Position numbers and translations under genes: made by a program. 52,979 bases of DNA from a virus (taxonomy: Duplodnaviria > Caudoviricetes): positions 1-52,979 of the IMG/VR virus record IMGVR_UViG_3300028490_000010; one strand, written 5' to 3'. Below, piece after piece: positions 29,609-39,161 of the stretch. The notes under the pieces were generated by a model. The model was not told the origin of the DNA. It saw only the letters and a program-made list of their open reading frames with translations, and did not search any database. Within the stretch, counting starts at the first letter, position 1. The number at the start of each line of letters is the position of its first letter.

Positions 29609-29919
29609 TAAAACTTTCCTTTCAGTACCAGGTCTTCAGCCAAAGCCACAATAGCTTCAAACTCATCTTTGTTGTGTCCGTATGGAATGACACCAATCCC
29701 TGCTGCACACCCACCTTTAAAGGTACTCACGACAATATTCAAGTTAAGTTTATTAACCAAGTGCATCTTTAAATCATTCGTCAACTTTGTCGTCTCTGCA
29801 AAACTAGGTATTGTATCTCCTACACCATAGTAAACCAATTTACCTCTCGAAATAGAAACCTCTCCTGTTATACTTTTTCCGTATAAGACCTTAAAAATCT
29901 TTGGGCTAATCTTTGTCAC
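29608..29919 (-). CDS. hypothetical protein
   Basis: 103-aa ORF. Confidence 0.6.
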   Translation of the reverse strand: MTKISPKIFKVLYGKSITGEVSISRGKLVYYGVGDTIPSFAETTKLTNDLKMHLVNKLNLNIVVSTFKGGCAAGIGVIPYGHNKDEFEAIVALAEDLVLKGKF

Positions 29920-29920
29920 A

Positions 29921-30148
29921 TTACATCCTTTCTACATTTACATACAGTTGTCTATTCTCGTTAAAGAACCATTCCGCATCTTCATAAGTATCCCAAGGGC
30001 TTACCGCAGTAAACCCATCCTCTCGTGTTATCTCTACGTCCCAACTACAAACAACCTCCCCCTCTTCTGTAGTTCCGTACTCTACATAGTACATCTCTAT
30101 CTCTGTTTCGGGAGTGTATTGTCGCATACATATCTCTCTAGTTGACAT
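29921..30148 (-). CDS. small acidic protein
   Basis: 75-aa ORF. Confidence 0.55.
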   Translation of the reverse strand: MSTREICMRQYTPETEIEMYYVEYGTTEEGEVVCSWDVEITREDGFTAVSPWDTYEDAEWFFNENRQLYVNVERM

Positions 30149-30524
30149 CTACAATTTCAACTCTTACATCAAACCTATCAGGATACAACACCCCTACAAG
30201 AAGACCTGTGTATTCTGGGTTTCTTCTGTAGTCAGTCTCCCCATTCTTCTTGATATCGTAATGCTTTGCATACAAGCCCTTTACTGCGGTCTTCTCTTCA
30301 TAAGGAGCATCACTCAAGTACAATTTCTGTACTCTTACGTTTCTTTGGGGGTGAACAATGTCTGTACCGATACCTATTCCAGACAACTCAGTCAGGGCAT
30401 AAACAGCCATCTTATTAGACGCCACCATATCCTGCTTTGCATCAATCATATGTACTTCATGGCCGTATGCCTCATCAATTTTTTGCCCAGCAAGTAAAAG
30501 CAACTCTTCTTTAGTCATGCTCAT
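30138..30524 (-). CDS. hypothetical protein
   Basis: 128-aa ORF. Confidence 0.6.
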   Translation of the reverse strand: MSMTKEELLLLAGQKIDEAYGHEVHMIDAKQDMVASNKMAVYALTELSGIGIGTDIVHPQRNVRVQKLYLSDAPYEEKTAVKGLYAKHYDIKKNGETDYRRNPEYTGLLVGVLYPDRFDVRVEIVDVN

Positions 30525-31831
30525 GACAACTCTTCTCTGTCGTCGGTAGCACCATCCCCAAGGATGCCTCCCTCTCTCATGATAATAGATCCCTCAACCT
30601 CTTCTACGATTTCCACCAAGAATTGATAGTCTTTAAGTTCACTCATTCCAGATATCTGTGCAAGAGTATCTGGGTCAAGTAAGCTTCCATCCTTAATGTA
30701 AATGACCTGTAGCTGTGGGTTAGACTCGATATAGATACGTGACATAATCTTTATCTGTTGAGCTGTTGACATGTCGTTGAACGGAATTCCTGCAATAATG
30801 AGACCTAGCTCTTTATCAAATTCTACATTCTTGAATGGAAGCTTGCTCTCAGATATAATCTTCTCTCTGTCTGTCAGTGCTTTGTCCATCTTTTTATTAA
30901 TGGAGACGACTGCATTCTCTGCGTCTGCTGCACCCTCTCTCGCCTTGACAAACATATCATAAGCTTGAGCTTTTTGGTTTATTGTTTCGGCATCATTTAC
31001 CTGCTCACGCAATGTTGTAACACTCTTCTCTTTAGATATCTTCTTCTCACGATTGGCAGCTTCTGTATTTCTTTTTTCTATCTGTGCGTCTTTGATTTCA
31101 ATCTCTTTCTTCAAGGACTTTATCGCCTCTGTGTAGTGGTCGATTGTAGCCTGGGCCTTCTCTATGGCTGACTCGTCTTCTGCCTCGGAAGCACGTAGAG
31201 CATCAATAGCAGCACGTTCTCTTCTGATGTCTCTGTTGTCTTTTTCTATAACCTCTATCTGAGACAGAAGATCGGACAAGCTCACAGACTTGACCTCATC
31301 CAAATCTCCATATCCCTTTACAGAACTTTTTGCTTCTTTTGCAACACGGTTCAAGACAGTACGCTCAGCAAATAACTCTTTGTATTTCTCTTCTACCTCA
31401 GACGTGTCTATGCCTGCCACTTTCTTCACGAAGTCAATTTGCCCTTTTGGGTCAAGATGCAACAGCTTCGTAATGTTTATCGTTGAACTGTCTAAGAGTT
31501 TATCTAGGTCAGTCTGAGATACAGGCTTTCCATCTGCTCTTTCAGCCTTGAGGTATACATCTTTCTGGGTTATTGTACGCTTGATTTTTAACGCCTCATC
31601 TCCCTCACCTAGAGTTACCTCAATTATCGCTTTCTCTTTTCCTCTTTGTATCTTACGCTGTGGGCGTTTGCCCATCTCTGTCTTGCCTTTTATAGCATCT
31701 ATCATCGCCTCAATAAGGGATGACTTTCCTGCACCATTTTTGCCTGATACTAAATTCATATGGCTATCAGGAACAAGTTCCACGAAGCTAATATTTTTGT
31801 ATCCCTCTATTTTCATTCCTGTCAATATCAC
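30521..31831 (-). CDS. Rad50/SbcC-like ABC ATPase with central coiled coil
   Basis: KIEGYKNI, Walker A GKNGAGKSS, long coiled coil, signature-like MSTAQ, IYIKDGSLLD. Confidence 0.8.
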   Translation of the reverse strand: MILTGMKIEGYKNISFVELVPDSHMNLVSGKNGAGKSSLIEAMIDAIKGKTEMGKRPQRKIQRGKEKAIIEVTLGEGDEALKIKRTITQKDVYLKAERADGKPVSQTDLDKLLDSSTINITKLLHLDPKGQIDFVKKVAGIDTSEVEEKYKELFAERTVLNRVAKEAKSSVKGYGDLDEVKSVSLSDLLSQIEVIEKDNRDIRRERAAIDALRASEAEDESAIEKAQATIDHYTEAIKSLKKEIEIKDAQIEKRNTEAANREKKISKEKSVTTLREQVNDAETINQKAQAYDMFVKAREGAADAENAVVSINKKMDKALTDREKIISESKLPFKNVEFDKELGLIIAGIPFNDMSTAQQIKIMSRIYIESNPQLQVIYIKDGSLLDPDTLAQISGMSELKDYQFLVEIVEEVEGSIIMREGGILGDGATDDREELS

Positions 31832-31989
31832 ATTCTGTCCTTATAGTTTTTTGCGAAAGCTACTCTTCCACCTTTTTCCTTGAACTCACTTAGTGGTATC
31901 TTCCCCCACTTCTTAGAGTCAACATAAACCTCTCCTACACTTATTCCAATCCATTTCCCTGTCTTAGGGAGAGGTATTGCTTTTGCCAT
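31828..31989 (-). CDS. small basic protein (not in ORF track)
   Basis: 53 aa read by hand (MAKAIPLPKTGKWIG...), AAGGAG RBS, GTGA overlap with the ATPase start. Confidence 0.55.
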   Translation of the reverse strand: MAKAIPLPKTGKWIGISVGEVYVDSKKWGKIPLSEFKEKGGRVAFAKNYKDRM

Positions 31990-32215
31990 TAGCTACTCCT
32001 TTGAGCATTGGGTACTTTTCTACAGATGCGATTACCCATCCATACATAAGTGCCGTTTCCATACCTACGACTCTTTGTTCCCCACACATCTCGCATGGGT
32101 ATGATATTGCATCTGGTTCAATACCACCATAAGATATTTCGCCGCACTCTATGCATAGCCCGTTGGACTCACTTGTGTGATCTTTTATTTTATCTTCATT
32201 CATTAAGACTTGCAT
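31964..32215 (-). CDS. zinc ribbon phage protein
   Basis: GLCIECGE...EPDA..YPCEMCG. Confidence 0.65.
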   Translation of the reverse strand: MQVLMNEDKIKDHTSESNGLCIECGEISYGGIEPDAISYPCEMCGEQRVVGMETALMYGWVIASVEKYPMLKGVANGKSNTSP

Positions 32216-32511
32216 TACAAGCCCATCCGTCTGTCTCTTTCCTCTTCATATTTCTGGTCTGCACAATCATCTATTGCACTCTCATATTCTGAGTCAAGCC
32301 ACTCGTAATCAAGAGAAAACTCAAACTCTTCCTCCATCTCCTCTGCGAAATCAACAACAGAAGGAGTCTTATCCCCCTCGACATTCTCAAGATATGACTC
32401 AGCCATTTTCACGATCAACGCAATAAACTCTTCATTACGCTCTTCAAAGAACCTGTCGATATTATCATCGTAATAGTCGTTTGCTCCCTGCTTTGTTCTT
32501 CTGCATGCCAT
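32215..32511 (-). CDS. extremely acidic small protein
   Basis: 98 aa, roughly one third D/E. Confidence 0.65.
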   Translation of the reverse strand: MACRRTKQGANDYYDDNIDRFFEERNEEFIALIVKMAESYLENVEGDKTPSVVDFAEEMEEEFEFSLDYEWLDSEYESAIDDCADQKYEEERDRRMGL

Positions 32512-32520
32512 GTGTTATCC

Positions 32521-32706
32521 TTATAAGTTTAATTCTCCGCTGTTAAGCGTATTTAGGAGTTTCATTACTGACTCCCACTCGTTCTTCTTTACAGCCCTAC
32601 AGTATTTATGCTCAGCAATAAACACTGGGTTTGTAGCAGAGTTCCACTCGCCAAGACTGTCTTTGTAGACAAAATAATACTCATCAAAGTTATTCATCTT
32701 CTTCAC
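32521..32706 (-). CDS. hypothetical protein
   Basis: 61-aa ORF. Confidence 0.5.
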   Translation of the reverse strand: MKKMNNFDEYYFVYKDSLGEWNSATNPVFIAEHKYCRAVKKNEWESVMKLLNTLNSGELNL

Positions 32707-33055
32707 TTTCCTCTTCTGCGTTTACCGAGTATACTCCTATATCCACAGAGGTTGCATCAGTAGATATAGACAACTGTTGACACACAGCACTCCAGTCGTG
32801 TGTCTTATGAAAGTCCTCTGGGTATAAGGTTAAGACACCTACGTCAGCAATAGTTTTTTCAAGTTCTGTATTTGCATTTTTTAAGTCAATCACTTCCCTC
32901 CATTGAGCTGTCGTAAGCTCCTCTATCTTTGAAAAATGTGCCTCCATTTCTCGTGTAAACTTATGGTACTCTTCAGGGTAAAAACCTTTGTCTAGCATAT
33001 CGTGCAACGCACTAATCTCTACGTCTATATCTTGCATATTTTTTGCATTACTCAT
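32690..33055 (-). CDS. hypothetical protein
   Basis: 121-aa ORF. Confidence 0.6.
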   Translation of the reverse strand: MSNAKNMQDIDVEISALHDMLDKGFYPEEYHKFTREMEAHFSKIEELTTAQWREVIDLKNANTELEKTIADVGVLTLYPEDFHKTHDWSAVCQQLSISTDATSVDIGVYSVNAEEESEEDE

Positions 33056-33064
33056 GTGTTTTCC

Positions 33065-33418
33065 TTATAGTTTAAATTCATGTCTCTTGTCTCCATAGGC
33101 ATCATATACATACTCGTACCCACAAAGAACACCAGTGATGTCACCCATAAGACCTCCATCAGCCTCTATGTTGCCTGTAAACATTGTATCGTTTGAAAGG
33201 AGTAGATTTCCCTGCTTCTTTTCAATAGGCTTTCCGTTTACACCTTTTAGCCCGATCCAATACGTACCATTTTTGATGCTCACCTCAACAGATATTGAGT
33301 CATTAAGAACATCAGATAGCATTTCCAACATTGTTAGTAGCCTAATATAGTTTTCCATATTACGCATCCTCCCCATTAACTTTTCTAATCTCGTAGTATC
33401 CTGGCTCACCTTCTGCAA
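33065..33418 (-). CDS. hypothetical protein
   Basis: ORF track; likely start at MENY. Confidence 0.55.
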   Translation of the reverse strand: MQKVSQDTTRLEKLMGRMRNMENYIRLLTMLEMLSDVLNDSISVEVSIKNGTYWIGLKGVNGKPIEKKQGNLLLSNDTMFTGNIEADGGLMGDITGVLCGYEYVYDAYGDKRHEFKL

Positions 33419-33650
33419 CAGGTCTATCGTCTGTCTCTACCTCAAAGATAGGCTTAAGAATGGACACCATCGAGATATGCACCTGTGACAACGGCATCTC
33501 ATCAAACACTTCGCTGTCATAACACAACTCTCCAGCCTCATCAGGCATAATCGAATGCACCTCTGAGTCAACAAACCCTTGTGCATCTATCTTCACCATG
33601 TATCCTGCCTCGAAATAAGTCTCAACCATATTGGCTTCTTCTTTTGTCAT
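33360..33650 (-). CDS. acidic hypothetical protein
   Basis: 96-aa ORF, AGGAG RBS. Confidence 0.6.
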   Translation of the reverse strand: MTKEEANMVETYFEAGYMVKIDAQGFVDSEVHSIMPDEAGELCYDSEVFDEMPLSQVHISMVSILKPIFEVETDDRPVAEGEPGYYEIRKVNGEDA

Positions 33651-33923
33651 CTATCTCTCCTGTCCTGAATTTTGTTCAATAATATCAATAGTTCTCTCCA
33701 TTGATTTACGTGTTGTAATACCGAGACTAAGCATCGCACCTATAACTGTAATTGCTTTACTGTACTCATTATTATCATATATTAGATCCTCTATTTTAGA
33801 TACAAACCTTCCTGCTATATCAGAGTCCTTTGCATTATCTGCATCCTCTTTTGTTTCGTATATCTTGCCATTATATTTGAATGCTTCTACTTTCTCATAC
33901 TTATGCAACTTTTTCTCCTTCAT
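33651..33923 (-). CDS. hypothetical protein
   Basis: 90-aa ORF. Confidence 0.6.
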   Translation of the reverse strand: MKEKKLHKYEKVEAFKYNGKIYETKEDADNAKDSDIAGRFVSKIEDLIYDNNEYSKAITVIGAMLSLGITTRKSMERTIDIIEQNSGQER

Positions 33924-35457
33924 TAATTTTCACATTACTCTCAACCAGTGCTTTTGCAAGCATAGGAACAACGCTGTTTCCACACATTCTAACCTGTGCC
34001 GTTTTAGGCAACTGCTTACCCTCATACATGATATTAATCTTGTAATCCTCTGGGAAGCCTTGTGCTCTGTACAGTTCCCTGGGAGTGAACATTCTCATTG
34101 CAATATCTACAATCTCGTACTCCTGTCCCATGACCTCCACTATTGCAAATCTCTCTTTAGTGGTAACTGTATGGGCAGGGTCACTCAGTAATTGACCTTC
34201 ACCCTGTCCGTAATATTTCATCATGTAGGCACGTACTTCTGCAAAGTGTCCTCCGCCTGCCGTGACAGTATGTAGAGGAGTATCTGTCTTCAGTCCAGTA
34301 TTCCCATTACGCATCTTCATAACATGAGATGTAACGAGTTGCTGTTGAGAACCTGTTGCCGTAACTGTAGACATAGGATTGTCCGCCTTTCTACCAACGG
34401 CACCAAGGTTATGCTGAGCGATAAACGCATTCACTAAAGCGAATGTCCCACCCTTTGTCTGAGCAGTGATTGTTCTCAAAGGCTCATCTATCTTAAAGTT
34501 ACGCTGAGATGATCCATTTGCATGCTCTGTAATAATAGGAGTTACAAGGGAGTGTCTGCTTCCTCCTGCAGTTATCGTACCTACTGGTGCATCAATCTTG
34601 TTGCCACGAGCTGTGGCTCCTATAGCTCCCCCGTAAAATGTAGACACAAAAGGAGCTTTGTCCCCAACGATATACGGCTTCGGGTTATCTAAAACAAATT
34701 TCTTTAACCCTCTTGCTATTCGTTTCATCGTATTCTCTGCGAGTGGTCTACGCACTTTAACCACCTTTGCCTCCTCTTTTGAAAGAAATATTGAGTGAGT
34801 AGGGATAGACCAATCTATACATTCTGCAGCAGTTCTCCATGGAATTCTTTCAGGAAACTTATCCGGGTCTCCATGTGTAGCTTCTGGCCACGACACAGCA
34901 CTTCCATCTTTCTTTGCCACAATAAACAGTCTCTTCCGTATCGTAGGTGCTCCGTAGTCACTAGCTCTAAGCTCACGCCACTCCACATTGTAGCCCATGT
35001 CTCTAAATGCCTGTACAAAGATTTCAAAGGTTAACCCCTTGTCCTCTTTTATTGGCATGTTATCGTCATCTAGTGGACCCCAATCTTTAAACTCCTCAAC
35101 ATTCTCAAGCATGATAACGTCAGGGCTAACTGCTTTTGCCCACTTTACACCAACCCAAGCAAGACTTCTCACATTGCAACTTACAGGCTTTGAGCCTTTT
35201 GCTTTAGAGAAATGCTTACAGTCTGGACTTAGCCACAACATTGCAACCTCTTTGCCACCACATACTTCATCAGGGTCAACATCAAAAACATCTTCTATGT
35301 AATGCTTTGTGCTTGGATGATTTGCCTGATGTAGTGCTATAGCCTGTGGGTCATGGTTAACTGCCACATCAGGACTAACACCCAATGCCATTTCAATACC
35401 CGTACTTGCTCCACCGCCACCGGCGAACAAGTCTATAATCATTTTTCCATTATACAT
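33901..35457 (-). CDS. dcm: DNA (cytosine-5)-methyltransferase
   Basis: Motif I DLFAGGGG, motif IV SPDCKHFS, motif VI ENVEEF, motif VIII PTIRKRLF, RELYRAQGFP, CGNSV. Confidence 0.93.
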   Translation of the reverse strand: MYNGKMIIDLFAGGGGASTGIEMALGVSPDVAVNHDPQAIALHQANHPSTKHYIEDVFDVDPDEVCGGKEVAMLWLSPDCKHFSKAKGSKPVSCNVRSLAWVGVKWAKAVSPDVIMLENVEEFKDWGPLDDDNMPIKEDKGLTFEIFVQAFRDMGYNVEWRELRASDYGAPTIRKRLFIVAKKDGSAVSWPEATHGDPDKFPERIPWRTAAECIDWSIPTHSIFLSKEEAKVVKVRRPLAENTMKRIARGLKKFVLDNPKPYIVGDKAPFVSTFYGGAIGATARGNKIDAPVGTITAGGSRHSLVTPIITEHANGSSQRNFKIDEPLRTITAQTKGGTFALVNAFIAQHNLGAVGRKADNPMSTVTATGSQQQLVTSHVMKMRNGNTGLKTDTPLHTVTAGGGHFAEVRAYMMKYYGQGEGQLLSDPAHTVTTKERFAIVEVMGQEYEIVDIAMRMFTPRELYRAQGFPEDYKINIMYEGKQLPKTAQVRMCGNSVVPMLAKALVESNVKINEGEKVA

Positions 35458-35464
35458 ATTACAC

Positions 35465-35698
35465 CTATCCTTTGTAATCTTCTGACTCTATCATTTCAAC
35501 AATGAGGTCAAACATCTTTTCTTCTCCTCGTGAAACAATAAACATCACAGGAGAGTCTCTAAAAGCCGGCCATTTGTCTTCTACATATCCTTCGCTACCT
35601 GGATACAAGTCCATCATAATACGCTTAAACATGTCATAGTTTATTCTATTAACGCAATACTTGTAGAATACATTTAGGTCACTAAACTGCATCTTCAC
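35465..35698 (-). CDS. hypothetical protein
   Basis: 77-aa ORF. Confidence 0.55.
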   Translation of the reverse strand: MKMQFSDLNVFYKYCVNRINYDMFKRIMMDLYPGSEGYVEDKWPAFRDSPVMFIVSRGEEKMFDLIVEMIESEDYKG

Positions 35699-35936
35699 AC
35701 TCCTCTAAGATATAAAAATCTTCTTCCTTCCCATTCATAGTCACTCCGTCTGTCCATGTAAGCCCTATGGTATGCTGATTACTCGTGCACACTATATTGT
35801 ATTCTTCATCTGGAATATACTGTAGACTAATTGGGTCAAGTGTTTCGCTTGTAGTCTTTTTAACTACGTAGTTGGGCTGTTTCCAACATACGGTTTTTCC
35901 GCAATCAACAGCCTCTAGTATTTCATCTAATTTCAT
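35682..35936 (-). CDS. phage hypothetical protein
   Basis: AVDCGKTVCWK..NYVV...IGLTWTDGVTMNG. Confidence 0.65.
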   Translation of the reverse strand: MKLDEILEAVDCGKTVCWKQPNYVVKKTTSETLDPISLQYIPDEEYNIVCTSNQHTIGLTWTDGVTMNGKEEDFYILEECEDAV

Positions 35937-35937
35937 A

Positions 35938-36210
35938 TTACGCCTTTATGTCTGTGTTTCTTAAATCTAATGCATGCTTCAGTGCATCCTCTAGCCACTC
36001 CATCATATATGGTCTAAGCTCCTGTATCTCGCATTCTGTACGATCTGCCATTTCTTCGTCAAAAGACAACTCAAAAGGAATTGTTGACGAGTCCATATGC
36101 TCATGTATTCCATCGTCCCAGCAATCATTGTCGTACGCCAAGCCAATCATGTCATCATTCTGAACATATGTAATAGCTCTTTCTATCGCCTTAATCTCTT
36201 CTTCTAGCAT
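35938..36210 (-). CDS. acidic hypothetical protein
   Basis: 90-aa ORF. Confidence 0.6.
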   Translation of the reverse strand: MLEEEIKAIERAITYVQNDDMIGLAYDNDCWDDGIHEHMDSSTIPFELSFDEEMADRTECEIQELRPYMMEWLEDALKHALDLRNTDIKA

Positions 36211-36947
36211 TTAACGCTCCTTTCTAGTCCGTCTTTATCAGACAGTCTCGCAAGTATCTTTTCGGGTGTATCCCTAGAATGATTTCTGGCAAGGTTTGTA
36301 CTGTCACCACTATGGAAAGCAAAGTTTCCAAATATCTTATGGTTCAAGCATCTCAGCATATGCACTTTCACCAAGGGCACTCCGTCTTTATCACTAAGTA
36401 AACTCATCGCTGTGCTTACTTTTTTATTCCATTTCTCAGTACCTAAAGTGCTAAACTCTCCTGCACTTCCAAATGCTATGTATGGATAGTCTGAAGCAAG
36501 TCTGCCCAAACGCTCAAAGCTCTCATTCACATGCCACACAGGTATCCCATTCATAAGGTTACACTCTGTCAGCAATGCGTCATTATCCTCTTCACTACCA
36601 TCTATAACATCAGGCAGAATAAACTCTGTTATGTCTGCATATATGCTATCTATCCACGTGTAGTAGGGGTCCCAAGAGATTGTCTTTTTTTTACCCCGCT
36701 TTTTATTCTGCATCCATATGGAGAATGCACCATTGTCAATCATTATCTCTTTTGCATGTATCTTGGCTAACTCAAACTGGTCTGGTCTGGCAAAGCTAAC
36801 AAGTGCATTTCTGAAGTTTATATGCTCCTTAAATACCTTGTTCGGCGTGATGGGAGTACCGTGATAAACCGTAAAGTTTTTACCGCTTCGTATCCGCTCT
36901 AATACATCTCTACTGAGACAGTTTTTAGGATACTTCATCCTGCCCAA
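36204..36947 (-). CDS. TGT/DpdA-related transglycosylase-like TIM barrel protein
   Basis: YHGTPITP, VSF, IDNGAFS, LPDVIDG, PVWH, IAFGS, VHML, SGDST. Confidence 0.6.
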   Translation of the reverse strand: MGRMKYPKNCLSRDVLERIRSGKNFTVYHGTPITPNKVFKEHINFRNALVSFARPDQFELAKIHAKEIMIDNGAFSIWMQNKKRGKKKTISWDPYYTWIDSIYADITEFILPDVIDGSEEDNDALLTECNLMNGIPVWHVNESFERLGRLASDYPYIAFGSAGEFSTLGTEKWNKKVSTAMSLLSDKDGVPLVKVHMLRCLNHKIFGNFAFHSGDSTNLARNHSRDTPEKILARLSDKDGLERSVKC

Positions 36948-38103
36948 TCAAATGAGAAGGAACTCCCATGGCTCCAGAGATTTCCGACACTGCGTTATCA
37001 ATACCACTCATCAGATCTTTCAGTTCACCAAATAATTCGTCTAGCCCAACATCCATCTCCTCTGCGTACGCCTTGTCTCTGTCTCTCTTGTCATCCTCTG
37101 CATATGCTGCTCTCTCTGCAATCACAGTCGCTACCATCTTATCTATATCTGCAAGAGGAATTGTATGACATCCAATATGTGCATTCTTGTCCTCATCTAT
37201 ACCTCCGTAGGTATAGGCTCCTATGTGCATGCCTTTATTGAGCTTACCTTTACTGAAGCGGATATATGCACGAATGGCATCTCCCATTCCAATAGAGGCA
37301 TTCTCTGTTGTCTCAATAGTATTGTCTACAATTCTAAGGTATACCTTGTCAAGATAACCCCTGTTGACATAAACCTCTTCTCCCTTAAGCCACAGTGCCA
37401 ACTGAGATTGAGCCTTCTCGTACTCTTTTTTCTTTTGCTTTTCAAGGTCACGTACCTTTTTAGATCTAGCCCTTTGCTCAGCCATCATTCTATCTTTTAC
37501 TGACTGTTCTATTTTGCTCTCAAAATCGACATCATCAGGCATAGGGAATTTTACAATCTGCTTGTATGGAGATGTCTTCTTTAGTTTAAAATATGAGGCA
37601 TATCTGTTTGCCACACTCACATTTTCAGCCATGGCATTAGCCACAGCCTTTCTCGTACTGTCCCTTCTCTTCTTGGGATATTCTTCCGCAAGGTGATCTA
37701 GGTTGGACAAGAGCACATTAAGGTTTGATTGATGATCGTCCATATAGCATGGGTCTGGGTTTGCTATATACAGGTAGTCCATATGGGAAGCTGCAGATAA
37801 TATAGCTCCCATGTGGGTTTGTGTTGTGGGACTGTAGTTATTGCTTGTGAGAAGTATAAGTGGTTGACCACCTTTTTTAACTGGGTCAAACATTCTTCCG
37901 ATAACCGTACTGTACGATTTTATTCTCGTCCCCTCTGCAGACATCCTGTAAACACCACCACGTCTATCAAACGCTGTAGATGCGTGTCCATTATTGTACA
38001 CCCACCAGTGAGCCAAACCAAGATAGTCATAGCTCCCAGGTGATCTTGGGTTTTCAGACTTTCTCTTCCGTACCTTCTTATCCAATAAGGGCATGACAGA
38101 CAT
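36925..38103 (-). CDS. conserved-looking basic phage protein
   Basis: SYSTVIG...YSPTTQTH; C-terminal IGCHTIP module. Confidence 0.7.
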   Translation of the reverse strand: MSVMPLLDKKVRKRKSENPRSPGSYDYLGLAHWWVYNNGHASTAFDRRGGVYRMSAEGTRIKSYSTVIGRMFDPVKKGGQPLILLTSNNYSPTTQTHMGAILSAASHMDYLYIANPDPCYMDDHQSNLNVLLSNLDHLAEEYPKKRRDSTRKAVANAMAENVSVANRYASYFKLKKTSPYKQIVKFPMPDDVDFESKIEQSVKDRMMAEQRARSKKVRDLEKQKKKEYEKAQSQLALWLKGEEVYVNRGYLDKVYLRIVDNTIETTENASIGMGDAIRAYIRFSKGKLNKGMHIGAYTYGGIDEDKNAHIGCHTIPLADIDKMVATVIAERAAYAEDDKRDRDKAYAEEMDVGLDELFGELKDLMSGIDNAVSEISGAMGVPSHLIGQDEVS

Positions 38104-38611
38104 CGTATTCCTCCTTAGTTATTGTTTTATAGGTTACATAACCTACTGAGTAGTTATTAAATTCAATACTGTACTCACCATAATCCGTAGTCGGAGTCCC
38201 GTTTCCTTCTCCATAATAATAGAGAAGGTAGCTTTCAGACTCTTCCTTTATGTCCTTGCCTGGATACAATACCCATGGTACATATGTCTGAAACTCCAGT
38301 TCGCTAACCTTCTCGTGAATACACATGAGAAAGTATTGTCTCAGCGTTCCTGCATATTGTTGAACCGTTTCAAAGTTCGACCCATACACAACAACATCAT
38401 TGTCTTCATTTCTGTATGTGTCCAGAGCTGAAGTCAAACTGCTTGTCTTCACAAACAATGTTTCATAGTCAACCCCCTCAACTTCTGGAGCTTCTGGAGG
38501 AGTGCCGGAAGGAAACGTCACCACTCCTGTAATACAGTCCAGGGAAACACGATGTCTTTCTCCTTCGCTGCTTTCGTAAGTTGCGTCCAAGTATCTAGTC
38601 ATAATCTTCAT
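38078..38611 (-). CDS. hypothetical protein
   Basis: 177-aa ORF. Confidence 0.65.
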   Translation of the reverse strand: MKIMTRYLDATYESSEGERHRVSLDCITGVVTFPSGTPPEAPEVEGVDYETLFVKTSSLTSALDTYRNEDNDVVVYGSNFETVQQYAGTLRQYFLMCIHEKVSELEFQTYVPWVLYPGKDIKEESESYLLYYYGEGNGTPTTDYGEYSIEFNNYSVGYVTYKTITKEEYDVCHALIG

Positions 38612-38801
38612 CCTTTATGTCTTCACTACCGCACACCTCACAGGCATACGGCTCTTCAAAGTCTCCCATTGTTGGGTTCTTATCCATTTCAATCCACTCA
38701 ACAAACCTTCCATCACCATCTATTTTGGCAACAGCATCAATCTGACCAAGGGAAGTAAAAGACTCATTATTCCCACAGTCATTACATGTATACCTAGCCA
38801 C
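38595..38801 (-). CDS. small zinc ribbon protein
   Basis: CNDCGN...CEVCGS. Confidence 0.65.
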   Translation of the reverse strand: MARYTCNDCGNNESFTSLGQIDAVAKIDGDGRFVEWIEMDKNPTMGDFEEPYACEVCGSEDIKDEDYD

Positions 38802-39159
38802 GAGCTAAACTTTCATCGACCACAATATCACTCATGTTCGTTTTTGGCATTGCATTGTCTGCAATAATTTTAAAGTCAGGAGCGATATCAACTCCTAATC
38901 TTCTTCGACACACAAGTCTCGAATAGTTAGCCAAGTCAACCCATGAGTCTTTTGCTGACTCTCCTCTGGCTGTAACACTTCTACTCATCTTCAGTGCGAG
39001 CAAGGTGTAGTCTACATTCTCTTCTGCTGTAAGCCCTTTACTTCCAACACTTACTGTTCGTCTAAGCTCATCCATCGCTGCCACGACTTTTGCAACTGCT
39101 GTTGCCTGATCTTCGTATTTTCCGTACTGCTCTTCTTTATTATTTAGTGTATCTTCCAT
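38794..39159 (-). CDS. DUF6378-like helical protein
   Basis: TL..KEEQYG...LKMSR...DSWVDLANYSRL. Confidence 0.65.
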   Translation of the reverse strand: MEDTLNNKEEQYGKYEDQATAVAKVVAAMDELRRTVSVGSKGLTAEENVDYTLLALKMSRSVTARGESAKDSWVDLANYSRLVCRRRLGVDIAPDFKIIADNAMPKTNMSDIVVDESLARG

Positions 39160-39161
39160 CT

